A stretch of 55,735 nucleotides of DNA from Candidatus Giovannonibacteria bacterium (GTDB lineage: Bacteria; Patescibacteriota; Minisyncoccia; JACPKW01; UBA11713): positions 1-55,735 of the forward strand of contig JACPKW010000007.1 of NCBI GenBank assembly GCA_016186825.1, written 5' to 3'. The position numbers and the translations under genes were made by a program. Positions 45,943-55,286 of this stretch are shown piece after piece (position 1 is the first letter of the stretch; each line of letters starts with the position of its first letter). The notes beneath the pieces were generated by a model. It ran no database searches, was not told the origin of the DNA, and saw nothing but the letters and a program-made list of their open reading frames with translations.

Positions 45943-47835
45943 ATGTTTGTCTACGAAATAATTCCAATTTCGAGGAGCCGTTTTGCGGCCGATACTCTTT
46001 CATATTTTAGCACGAAAGAACTGAAAATTGGCGATTTGGTTGAGGTTGCCTTGCGCGGAAAAATTGTCCCGGGAATAGTCTCGGATGCGCGCGATGCGAA
46101 AGAATTAAAATCGGAGATCAAAAGAACATCGTTCAAGCTGAAGCCAGTAAAAAAAATAATCGTGCCCGGTTTTTATCAAAATTCCGATTTTGAGATTCTC
46201 GAAAAATTGAGCGCGGAAATGTTGATTTATAAAAGCGCTATTCTTTATGAGATGATTCCGAAGGCGCTGTTAAGTTCAAAATTTATCCGGCCTAATGCTC
46301 CCAACAGGACAAACATTCCGAAATACCATTCAAAAATAGCGTTGAGCGGATCTTTTGACGATCGGATTGGCTATTTTAAAACATTGATTCGCGAACACTT
46401 CGCGCGTTCGCAAAGCTTAATGATAATTTCTCCCCGCATTCAAATTGTAAATAGATTTGAAGAAGAACTCGGGAGGGGCATCTCCGATTACGTTTTTACT
46501 TTTACGGGCGCGCTTTCTTCAAAAAAATATTTTGATTTTTTTCAGAAAGCCTTGGAACTTCAACATCCTGTTTTGATCATTGGAACGCCGCAAATTTTAT
46601 GTTTCTCAAGGCCGGATCTGGAAACTGTGATTCTTGAAGATGAGGCATCAGCTCTCTATGAAAATTTTGAACACGTTAGATTTAATTTCAAAAAAGCTGC
46701 AGAAATTATTACAGAAGTGAAAAAAAATAAATTGATCTTGTCCGGCGAGGTGTTGAAGGTTGAGACCGTCTGGAAGGCCGAACAGAGAGAAATTGAATCG
46801 CGCGGACGACCTCTTTTTCGCATTCAAGGGGGGCCGCAGACGGAACTCATCAAAATTCCTGACAAAATCGATAAAAATAATCTCACCTGGTTTCTGGATA
46901 AGCTGTCTCCCGATCTGGAAGAAGCGATTTTTAAAAAAGAACGCGTTTTGCTTTTTATTAACAGACGCGGCTATAGCTCGTTTACCGTTTGCGGGGACTG
47001 CGGGAAAAACCTAATTTGTCCAAATTGTTCTGTGCCTTTAGTCTTGCATGCTAAGAAAGACCAGCACAAAAATTTTGTCTGCCATCATTGCCTGCAAACA
47101 CTTCCCCTTCCCTCGTCCTGTCCTGATTGCGGTTCCTGGAATTTAAGGGATTTTGGGATTGGGATCGAAAAAGTTGAATCAGCACTTAAAAAATTATTTC
47201 CGAAAGTAAATATTGCGCGCATCGATGGGGATGCTTCAAAAGGCTTGCCAAAAAATAAAAAAAGCCGCGATAATCAAAACTTTAAAGAAGGCGCTTTTGT
47301 TCTCGCGACGGAACTTATTTTTTCCGATCCGGATTCAAAATTCGATCTGACGTGTATCGTTACACTGGATCATCTTTTTACACTCCCCGACTTTCGCATG
47401 AATGAAAAAATATTTCGGCTCATCACAGAATTAAAAAGCCGCACAATAAAAAAAATGATTTTACAGACGCGCCTCGACGAAGGAGATTTGCTTGAGGATG
47501 CGCTTCAAGGAAATATTTCGAATTTCTACCGCCGAGAGTTGGAAGAAAGAAGAACTCTATTTTATCCTCCATTCTCTCGCCTGATAAAGCTTTCGCTCGA
47601 AGGTAACAATTTGATTCAAATCAAGCAGTCTGCGCAAAAAGTTTTAGAAACGCTTCGCGCTTACGATCCTTTAAGCTTTCCGGCGTTTCTAGAAAAAATT
47701 AAGGGCCGCCATCGCTGGAACATTTTAATAAAAACAGCGCCCGGCGAGTTTTCAAAAGATTTAAACTTGAGGGCAATTCTTAAAAATTTGAGAGGCGTAT
47801 GGGATATTGCAGTCGATCCGGAATCGATAATTTAA
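45943..47835 (+). CDS. priA: primosomal protein N' (PriA) with degenerate helicase motifs
   Basis: N-terminal 3'-DNA-binding domain, NRRGY, eight-Cys zinc module, PDFR, YPPFSRL; precedes def-fmt. Confidence 0.9.
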   Translation: MFVYEIIPISRSRFAADTLSYFSTKELKIGDLVEVALRGKIVPGIVSDARDAKELKSEIKRTSFKLKPVKKIIVPGFYQNSDFEILEKLSAEMLIYKSAILYEMIPKALLSSKFIRPNAPNRTNIPKYHSKIALSGSFDDRIGYFKTLIREHFARSQSLMIISPRIQIVNRFEEELGRGISDYVFTFTGALSSKKYFDFFQKALELQHPVLIIGTPQILCFSRPDLETVILEDEASALYENFEHVRFNFKKAAEIITEVKKNKLILSGEVLKVETVWKAEQREIESRGRPLFRIQGGPQTELIKIPDKIDKNNLTWFLDKLSPDLEEAIFKKERVLLFINRRGYSSFTVCGDCGKNLICPNCSVPLVLHAKKDQHKNFVCHHCLQTLPLPSSCPDCGSWNLRDFGIGIEKVESALKKLFPKVNIARIDGDASKGLPKNKKSRDNQNFKEGAFVLATELIFSDPDSKFDLTCIVTLDHLFTLPDFRMNEKIFRLITELKSRTIKKMILQTRLDEGDLLEDALQGNISNFYRRELEERRTLFYPPFSRLIKLSLEGNNLIQIKQSAQKVLETLRAYDPLSFPAFLEKIKGRHRWNILIKTAPGEFSKDLNLRAILKNLRGVWDIAVDPESII

Positions 47836-47888
47836 AAATTGATTTTTTTCATTTAGCGTTGTTTAATGAGGTTGTTTAACATACTTAT

Positions 47889-48464
47889 ATGGCCAAATTG
47901 GAAATCATCCAGGAGCCCAACGCAATTTTGCGCCGCAAGGCTTCTTTGGTTTCGCCTGACGAAATAACTTCGCCAAAAATTCAGAAACTGATCCGGGACA
48001 TGTCTGAAACGCTCCGAGGAATCGATATCGGGATCGGGCTTGCGGCGCCGCAAGTCGGTGTTTCAATTGCGCTTTTTCTTGTATCCAAAGAAGCCCTGCT
48101 TTCAAAACGCGATCAGGAAAAGCTCGATGCGGAAAAAATGAAAGCTTCCAAAAAATCAAAAAACTGGAAACATCTTGTTTTTATTAATCCGGAGATCGTG
48201 AAATCATCGAAGAAGAAAAGAAAGTTAGTTGAAGGCTGTCTCTCCGTGAATGACAAAGAGGGCAATCTGATTTCCGGGTTTGTTGGGCGCCTTGAAAAAC
48301 TTACAGTTGTTGCCCGCGACGAAAAAGGTAAAAAATTTATGCGCGGCGCATCAGGCCTTTTTGCGCAAGTGATCCAACACGAATACGATCATTTGAACGG
48401 AGTTTTATTTATTGATAAAGCCGAAAAAATAGAAAAAATGAAGTTGGACGATAATGGAAAATAA
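47889..48464 (+). CDS. def: peptide deformylase
   Basis: GIGLAAPQVG, EGCLS, QHEYDHL. Confidence 0.97.
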   Translation: MAKLEIIQEPNAILRRKASLVSPDEITSPKIQKLIRDMSETLRGIDIGIGLAAPQVGVSIALFLVSKEALLSKRDQEKLDAEKMKASKKSKNWKHLVFINPEIVKSSKKKRKLVEGCLSVNDKEGNLISGFVGRLEKLTVVARDEKGKKFMRGASGLFAQVIQHEYDHLNGVLFIDKAEKIEKMKLDDNGK

Positions 48465-49401
48465 AAAAACTAGAATCGTTTTTTTTGGAACTTCAGATAC
48501 GCCTGTATTTTCATCTCTTCCTTTTCTCGAGGCTCTTTTTAAAGCTGGCTATAATATTGTGAAAGTTGTAACATTGTCGCCAAAACCATCCGGCAGGAAA
48601 AAAGAGTTGATCCCGTCTCCGGTTAAAGCCAAAGCGCTCGAACTTGGCTTGGATGTAATTGAGGCTGCGAGGCTTAAAGATATAAAAGAAAATATTTCTG
48701 AATCAGAACCGGACGTTGGAGTTATTGCCGCTTTCGGTAGAATTATTCCTAAAGATATCTTGAACATTCCAAAGAAGGGATTAATTAACGTTCATCCCTC
48801 TCTCCTTCCGCGCTGGCGTGGACCTGCTCCAATTCAATATACGTTGATGGCTGGTGACAAAGTTACGGGGGTTACGATTCATGTTACGGCTGATAAAGTC
48901 GATGCGGGAAATATTATAGCCAAAAAAGAAATTGCAATTTCCGATGGCGAGGATTATATAAAATTAAAAAAAAGACTGGAGATTTTAGGTGTGGAAACTT
49001 TACTGGAATGCTTACCCGACTATCTCGAGAAAAAAATTACTCCGCAGGCGCAAAACGAGGCGGCTGCGACTTACTCAAAATTTATTAAAACCGAAGATGC
49101 CAAGATCGACTTCTCCAAACCGGTAGAAACTATTTATAATCAGATCCGCGCTTTAAATCCGGATCCTGGCACTTTCGCTTTTTATAACTCAAAAAGGATT
49201 ATTATTTCCAAAGCTTTCATGGAAAAGCGCGATCATAATTTCGAATTTGGCTCGATTAGCACGGAAGGAAATGTTCTCAAGATTGCGACTTTGGGCGGCT
49301 TTATTATTCCGGAGTTGATCAAATTTGAAGGAAGAAAAGAAATATATTCTAAAGCTTTCTTATTAGGCCACTCTGATATAGTCGGTAAAGTATTGAAATA
49401 G
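48454..49401 (+). CDS. fmt: methionyl-tRNA formyltransferase
   Basis: FFGT, NVHPSLLPRWRGPAP, DAGNI, IRALNP. Confidence 0.96.
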   Translation: MENKKTRIVFFGTSDTPVFSSLPFLEALFKAGYNIVKVVTLSPKPSGRKKELIPSPVKAKALELGLDVIEAARLKDIKENISESEPDVGVIAAFGRIIPKDILNIPKKGLINVHPSLLPRWRGPAPIQYTLMAGDKVTGVTIHVTADKVDAGNIIAKKEIAISDGEDYIKLKKRLEILGVETLLECLPDYLEKKITPQAQNEAAATYSKFIKTEDAKIDFSKPVETIYNQIRALNPDPGTFAFYNSKRIIISKAFMEKRDHNFEFGSISTEGNVLKIATLGGFIIPELIKFEGRKEIYSKAFLLGHSDIVGKVLK

Positions 49402-49402
49402 T

Positions 49403-49458
49403 TTTTCATAATGTCCAACCTCTTTTCATAATGTCCAACCTCTGATGTTTGACATTAT
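49403..49458. repeat. REP-like palindrome with a 20-bp tandem duplication upstream of RAYT
   Basis: TTTTCATAATGTCCAACCTC x2; TGTCCAACCTCTGATGTTTGACA at 49432-49454. Confidence 0.85.
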
Positions 49459-49483
49459 ATGGCCATTTGGGAATAATTAATTT

Positions 49484-50155
49484 ATGAAGCGTGGCAAGTT
49501 CGGATCAGATCAATATTTTCATATATATAATCGAGGAGTTGAAAAGAGAACGATTTTCAACACAGACGATGATCGCTACCGATTTATGCTGTTATTGATA
49601 TTAATGCAGGCTGATGTGCCGTGTCCTCAAATTGGGCGTCTGCTACCCTCTGTCAAACATCAGATGTTTGACAATGAGATATTCCCCCAAATCATAAATA
49701 AGAGGAGTGTCGAGCTCATTAGCTTTTGTTTGATGCCGAACCATTATCATTTGATTATAAGAGAATTGGCTGAAAATGGCATTTCAAAGTTTATGCAGCG
49801 ACTCTCTGACTCATATACAAAATATTTTAATATTAAATATGACCGTTCAGGGCATTTATTTGGAAGTAAATTTCAGGCCATTAATATTGATAGGAACGAA
49901 TACCTTAATTATTTGTCAGCTTATATACACTTAAATCCTAGAGAACTGAAAGATTATTATCATAAGGAAGTGCGGTACAAATGGTCAAGTTTTCAGGATT
50001 TTGTTTTCGAAAACAGGTGGGGTGCTTTTTTGAACCCATCAATAATATTAGATCAATTCGATGACGGGAATGAATATAAAATTTTTGTTGGGGAAACGCC
50101 AATTAAGGAAATCGCTTCAGAAGTTGAATCGCAATATTTGATCGATTCTTCATGA
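49484..50155 (+). mobile_element. REP-associated tyrosine transposase (RAYT, Y1/HUH)
   Basis: HIYNRG, CLMPNHYH (HUH), GHLF, YIHLNP, WSS; flanked by palindromes. Confidence 0.9.
49651..49673. repeat. perfect REP palindrome inside the RAYT CDS
   Basis: TGTCAAACATC-A-GATGTTTGACA, read in frame as VKHQMFD. Confidence 0.92.
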
Positions 50156-50178
50156 AGATGCTTTATTAGACTGCTAAT

Positions 50179-50245
50179 TGTCAAACCTCTGATGTTTGAC
50201 ATTTTTTTATAAAACACACTTATGTCAAACATCAGAGGTTTGACA
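50179..50245. repeat. inverted REP doublet (REPIN-like)
   Basis: TGTCAAACCTCTGATGTTTGACA (50179-201) and its exact reverse complement (50223-245), 21-nt spacer. Confidence 0.92.
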
Positions 50246-50262
50246 GAGAGGTTTTTACCTTT

Positions 50263-52986
50263 TTATTTTCCCATTTGATAGAGGCGTTTGATTTCGTCGG
50301 CCAAAAGAGCTCTATTATATATCCTTACATCGTCGATGGAGCCGTTCATTATTGACCCAAAACTGCTTGATTGCCCATCCCAGAATGCTCCTATGGTCGT
50401 CTTGGGTGTACTTGCGCTTGAATAATCGATCGTTTCTGTCGTTATCGTTCCAGATGCTGCCTCTGTGCCGTTTACAAAGATTTTGAGTGTGGCGCCAATC
50501 TTAGTTGCGGCAACATGATACCAAGTATCGGCGGAGTAAGTGGTTGTCGTGTCCACCTCGCCACCGGCCCATAAATTAGGATCACGTGCAACAAAATGCG
50601 TGAGGTGCCCCGTATTGTCGAACCGTAAATAAGCGCCCGCTATATCGGCCGTGCCACCTTCTGTCTGCAAGCCCACAACCATTTGATACGCGTTTGTTAC
50701 ATTTAATTTCACCCAAGCAGACATAGTATACGTCTGCAAAGCAAAATTTGAGTTGTTGCCAATTAGAACTAAATCATCCGTCCCGTCAAACGAGAGAGCT
50801 TGGCCGAGTTTGCCTATTACCTGCGCGGAAGACGTCGCCATGTTTTTCAGTTTTCCAGTGTTGCCGTTTCCAGAGCGATCCATTGCGAAATAATTATTCG
50901 GGCTTTTTGAAATATCTCCCCCATCCATAGTCCAATGCCCCACGAGGCCGTTGGAAAGCGTTCCTGTGCTTAAAGGACTATTTACTTTCAAGGTCGTGCC
51001 GATTTTGTAGAGCCTCTTAATCTCCTCCCCGCTCAAGGCTCTGTTATATATCCGGACATCGTCAATGGAGCCGCCAAAATAACCTGAACTTATGCGTCCG
51101 ATATTAACCGCGCTTGCATTCAATGCTGTGTCGGTTGAAACAACTACTAAATGCCAATTTGTGTCATTAATGGATGAATTCTGAATGCCGTCAACATAAA
51201 CTGTCGCACTTGGAGAGTAAGTTATTTCAACGTAAGGTTCACTTCCAGATGTTGTCCTCACATGAAAATAATCTTGGTGGTATGAACCATCAACTTCATC
51301 ACTCAATCTAACTAAAACATTTACATGTCTATTTACATTATCAATCGCATCTTTCACAATGTTAGTTATAGTAGTGCCTACCCAAGTTCCATCCACTCCA
51401 GGCAGTGGGTTATAAGAACCCCCAGAAGGATTAGAAGTTACGTAACTTCCCGCTAAGTTGTTCCAGGTCGCAGTGCTTTCTCCCCAAGAGTCACTAGTAA
51501 GTTTGTAAATTTGCATCGTCATATTGTAGCCAGCAACGTTATTTGGAGCATTTTCTCTCATGTATAACGTTGCACTGCTTATGCTGCTAGAGGTGTCGGT
51601 AAAATCTGAAATATCAAAATACAAAGCGTCTCGCTGGGCATAACCCGAGGCCCCATTATTTAAAAGGTAAATATTCCCTGCGTAGTTGGTATCAGGTTGG
51701 TTCTGATATAGCATCGTGTTTTTGCCTGCGATTTTCGTATATGTTGACGAATCAGTAAAATTATTTGCAGTAATCGTTCCATTTGATAATGTAATATTTG
51801 CGGTTCCGTTTAAATCCATAATATTACCGGCATTTGTGCTTGTGGCGGCTTTTACCCAGAATGCAACTGTTTTGACACTTGAGGAGACATTCCCAGCATT
51901 CACATAATCATCCGTCCCGTCAAACGAGAGGGCTTGGCCGATTTTTCCTGCCAGTCTCGCAGAACTGGTTGCCATGTTTTTAAGCTTCCCGTTATTCGCG
52001 TTGCCTGAATTATCCAACGCAAAAACATTGTTCGGGCTCTGGGACATGTCTTTTCCATCAAAGCTCCATGATCCGACTAGGCCGTTCTGTAGGCTGTTTG
52101 AATAAATAGGGGTGTTAATTTTCGCCGTCGCTCCGATTTTGTAGAGCCTCTTAATCTCCTCCCCGCTCAAGGCTCTGTTATATATCCGTACATCGTCGAT
52201 GGAGCCGTTCACATAGCCGTATCCTCCGCCATTGGAGCGGCCAATGTTCACAGTCGATGCGGTGTTGCGCATTGTAACAAACACGCCACCTTGACTGTTA
52301 GTGTTATCAGTTTGTATCCCGTCTACGTATATTTTTACTCCACTCGAAGATGTGCCCCCGTCATATGTCATTACTATATGATGCCAAGTATTAAGGCTCG
52401 GGATTGGGGCATTTCGTCCGATGTAACTTCCTCCTGCATTATCATAGATAAGTCCAGCTACGACGCCCGTGCCGTGCATGTTGAGTGTCCATTCGAACGG
52501 ACTCTGATATTTGTCAATAAGTGAAGGGTGATTGGCTACAGACCGCACGTTAGCCCACAACGATACCGTCATTCCTGAACCACCGGCAGGAAAAGTGAAA
52601 GAATCTTGGTCGGCGATACCAACATAATCATCCGTCCCGTCAAACGAGAGGGCTTGGCCGATTTTGCCTTGAGTGTGAACACTTGAGGTAGCGGTGTTTT
52701 TTAATTTTCCATTATTACTATTACCGGAACGATCAAGTGCGAAAACGTTGTTTGGACTGACTGACATATCTTGATCATCGAATGACCACTGACCGACTAG
52801 GCCATTATTAAGGCCGATATATAATGGACGGTTGATGATGGTGGAAGCATGCACATTGGAGATTGGGAGAAATAAATAGAAATTTATAGAAATCAGAAAA
52901 CTAGCAGGAATTATAAATAGATATCTATAGAATTTCTGTAACCGTTTAGTAATACTATTTTTAAATTTTATACTGTCATTTTCCAT
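50263..52986 (-). CDS. secreted protein with three LamG-like jelly-roll domains, the middle one carrying an inserted DNRLRE-like domain
   Basis: Three GLVG.W...ALSFDGTDD...GSIDDVRIYNRAL units; hydrophobic signal ending VHA; ATG 52986 (53010 adds repeat-derived MPISNGVK). Confidence 0.88.
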   Translation of the reverse strand: MENDSIKFKNSITKRLQKFYRYLFIIPASFLISINFYLFLPISNVHASTIINRPLYIGLNNGLVGQWSFDDQDMSVSPNNVFALDRSGNSNNGKLKNTATSSVHTQGKIGQALSFDGTDDYVGIADQDSFTFPAGGSGMTVSLWANVRSVANHPSLIDKYQSPFEWTLNMHGTGVVAGLIYDNAGGSYIGRNAPIPSLNTWHHIVMTYDGGTSSSGVKIYVDGIQTDNTNSQGGVFVTMRNTASTVNIGRSNGGGYGYVNGSIDDVRIYNRALSGEEIKRLYKIGATAKINTPIYSNSLQNGLVGSWSFDGKDMSQSPNNVFALDNSGNANNGKLKNMATSSARLAGKIGQALSFDGTDDYVNAGNVSSSVKTVAFWVKAATSTNAGNIMDLNGTANITLSNGTITANNFTDSSTYTKIAGKNTMLYQNQPDTNYAGNIYLLNNGASGYAQRDALYFDISDFTDTSSSISSATLYMRENAPNNVAGYNMTMQIYKLTSDSWGESTATWNNLAGSYVTSNPSGGSYNPLPGVDGTWVGTTITNIVKDAIDNVNRHVNVLVRLSDEVDGSYHQDYFHVRTTSGSEPYVEITYSPSATVYVDGIQNSSINDTNWHLVVVSTDTALNASAVNIGRISSGYFGGSIDDVRIYNRALSGEEIKRLYKIGTTLKVNSPLSTGTLSNGLVGHWTMDGGDISKSPNNYFAMDRSGNGNTGKLKNMATSSAQVIGKLGQALSFDGTDDLVLIGNNSNFALQTYTMSAWVKLNVTNAYQMVVGLQTEGGTADIAGAYLRFDNTGHLTHFVARDPNLWAGGEVDTTTTYSADTWYHVAATKIGATLKIFVNGTEAASGTITTETIDYSSASTPKTTIGAFWDGQSSSFGSIMNGSIDDVRIYNRALLADEIKRLYQMGK

Positions 52987-55028
52987 TTTGACCCCGTTAG
53001 AAATAGGCATAAATTTTTACGACCCGTTTTTATTTATTAATTTTATATATATTATATTTGGAATCATGTTGATTTTCTAACGGGGTTGATTTTCTAACGG
53101 CCTAAATTATATAATCTTTTAATTTCGTCTGCTGGCAGCGCACGATTGTAAATTCTTACATCGTCGATTTTTCCCAGCATAGGATTAGGATAGGTTGTAT
53201 TTAAATAGCCGATTCTATAATTTTGCGTGCCTGAAGAAATCGAATTAAACCATTTTCCAGCGTTCGATCCGGCTACTACAGTTGATGACTGTAAGACCCC
53301 ATCTATATAAAACTTCCATATAGAACCGTCGCTGGTAAGTGACACGTAATACCAAATTCCTGGCGATAATATTTTGTCCACCTGTACATTATCATTGAAA
53401 TCAGGATCATCATAAGCTTGAACGTAAAGTTTCCCGGTATTTCCGGCCTGAACATTAACGCCAAATGCGAAAATTTTATTGTCATCACCAGAAGTTGTAG
53501 AAATTAAAATTTCTCTATAATCCGCGTTTGTGGTCGGTTTAATCCATGCAGTAATTGTGCCATTTGTGTCAGTGTCGCGTATGTCATTTCCTATATCGAC
53601 ATAGTCGTTATTCCCGTCAAACGAGAGGGCTTTGCCCATTTTTCCCGTTGGGCCGTCCACCCAGGAGGCGAATTTGTCCATTCCAGTGAGCGTTCCCGTA
53701 TTATTATTTCCTGATAAGTCGAATGCTTTCAGTCCTTCAGAGCCAACGTCAAAATTCCAATAGCCGACAAGGCCTTGGTTTATTGGAACAGAAAATTTCG
53801 ATTTCTGCGTTTTATATAATCTTTCAATCTCGCTCGCCGAAAGTGCTCTATTATATATCCTTACATCGTCAATGGAGCCGGGGAAAGGCAGCATGCTAGT
53901 AGAATAACTGCGGCGACCAATATTCAAATTAGCAGCAGTCGCTTGCATAGTTTGTGGAAAATCAGCAGCAGAAATTGCGGCGTCGTATGTGGCGTTTTTA
54001 TCAATTGCATTAACATAAATTTCAAATTTGTTTCCAATTCGTTGCCCCAGAATGTGTTGCCACACGTTCGCTTGCACAGCAGCAGTCGCCTTGTAAACGG
54101 TATTTTGAGCGGCAGGGTTATCTGGCCCATAAAATAACTGCATATAACTGTCGCCATTGCTAGCTATACTGAAAGTGAGCTGCCTCCCATTCACGTCGTC
54201 GTCTTTTCCAATAATAAATCCCGTTGTTGCTAGTGTAGGTTTTATCCATGCAGAAAAAGCATAATTACCTGAACCAAAATCTACAACCGAGGTGTCACCC
54301 AAATCCACATAATCATCCGTCCCGTCAAACGAGAGGGCTTGGCCGCGGCCGGTTGGGCCATCAACCCACGCAGTCGCGGTGTTCATGCTTGTAAGCGTCC
54401 CAGTGTTTGCGTTGCCAGAGCGGTCATATGCTTTATCTCTCCCCTTTCCTGTATTGAAATCCCAATAGCCGACAAGGCCGTGTCCTAAACTATTTTGATT
54501 TGAAGCAACTTTCGATTTTGTAGTTTTATATAATCTCTCAACTTCTCTTTCCGAAAGCACTCTATTATATATCCTTACATCGTCAATGGAGCCGGAAGCC
54601 ACTTGGATAAACGCTTCGCTGTCATAAGAATAACCTCCGATATATAGACCAAAGTCAGAGGCACCGGAGCCATTGCTGTTTGCGGTTGTAGTTATTAATG
54701 CGCCATCTGTAAATCTTCGTACATTAGTGCCGTCCCAAGAAAAGACCATGTGATACCAGGTATTGGCGATTGGTGAAAATGACCCCATGTCTGTTGCTAG
54801 GTTGTTTAGATGAAAATAAAGTTTGCCATCAGTATAATGATAACCGCCGTATAAAGCGGTCGAAACCGCTGAGCTTGACTTACTAATCAAGCCTTTATAG
54901 ACTCCTGGGGCGCCTGAATAATCCGGTCGCCACCAAAATGAAATTGTTCCAGTGGTTAAATTGTCTAAAGATGCATTGTCAGCTATTCTCACATAATCAT
55001 CCGTCCCGTCAAACGAGAGAGCTTGGCC
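50310..55028. repeat. dispersed near-identical 34-35 nt anchors bracketing each LamG core
   Basis: A copies at 50310, 51039, 52173, 53846, 54560 (diverged copy ~53141); B copies at 50772, 51906, 52626, 54311, 54995 (half-diverged copy 53603). Confidence 0.9.
52991..53100. mobile_element. MITE-like inverted-repeat element between the two LamG genes
   Basis: ACCCCGTTAGAAA(52991-53003)...TTTCTAACGGGGT(53074-86); GTTGATTTTCTAACGG duplicated at 53068 and 53085. Confidence 0.75.
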
Positions 55029-55286
55029 ACGGCCGGTTGGGCCGTCCACCCAAGCAATCGCAGTGTTCATACCTGTAAGGGTTCCCGTATTATTGTTGCC
55101 AGAGCGATCATAAGTTTTGTTTGTATTAACGCCGGTTTCCATGTCCCAGTAGCCAACAAGGCCGACGTTGAGAGGAGGACGGAGGATAGTTGCTGCCCTG
55201 GCATTGCTCTGCCAAAGAAAAAAGAAAAGTGCGGCAACTAAAATTTTCAATTTCCAATTTTCAATTTTCAGTGAATTTACAAACAT
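53094..55286 (-). CDS. secreted protein with three LamG-like jelly-roll domains
   Basis: Three GLVGYW...ALSFDG..DYV...IDDVRIYNR units; signal peptide ending ARA. Confidence 0.88.
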   Translation of the reverse strand: MFVNSLKIENWKLKILVAALFFFLWQSNARAATILRPPLNVGLVGYWDMETGVNTNKTYDRSGNNNTGTLTGMNTAIAWVDGPTGRGQALSFDGTDDYVRIADNASLDNLTTGTISFWWRPDYSGAPGVYKGLISKSSSAVSTALYGGYHYTDGKLYFHLNNLATDMGSFSPIANTWYHMVFSWDGTNVRRFTDGALITTTANSNGSGASDFGLYIGGYSYDSEAFIQVASGSIDDVRIYNRVLSEREVERLYKTTKSKVASNQNSLGHGLVGYWDFNTGKGRDKAYDRSGNANTGTLTSMNTATAWVDGPTGRGQALSFDGTDDYVDLGDTSVVDFGSGNYAFSAWIKPTLATTGFIIGKDDDVNGRQLTFSIASNGDSYMQLFYGPDNPAAQNTVYKATAAVQANVWQHILGQRIGNKFEIYVNAIDKNATYDAAISAADFPQTMQATAANLNIGRRSYSTSMLPFPGSIDDVRIYNRALSASEIERLYKTQKSKFSVPINQGLVGYWNFDVGSEGLKAFDLSGNNNTGTLTGMDKFASWVDGPTGKMGKALSFDGNNDYVDIGNDIRDTDTNGTITAWIKPTTNADYREILISTTSGDDNKIFAFGVNVQAGNTGKLYVQAYDDPDFNDNVQVDKILSPGIWYYVSLTSDGSIWKFYIDGVLQSSTVVAGSNAGKWFNSISSGTQNYRIGYLNTTYPNPMLGKIDDVRIYNRALPADEIKRLYNLGR

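Noticed and set aside
50310-55028. LamG anchors as a CRISPR array or a DGR template/variable repeat pair
   Set aside because: Repeats are in-frame coding and hundreds of nt apart, with no cas genes. There is no reverse transcriptase in the window, and the mismatches checked are synonymous rather than adenine-specific.
104-55241. Numerous 60-196 aa ORFs antisense or out of frame to identified genes
   Set aside because: Shadow ORFs of well-supported genes with no motifs of their own.
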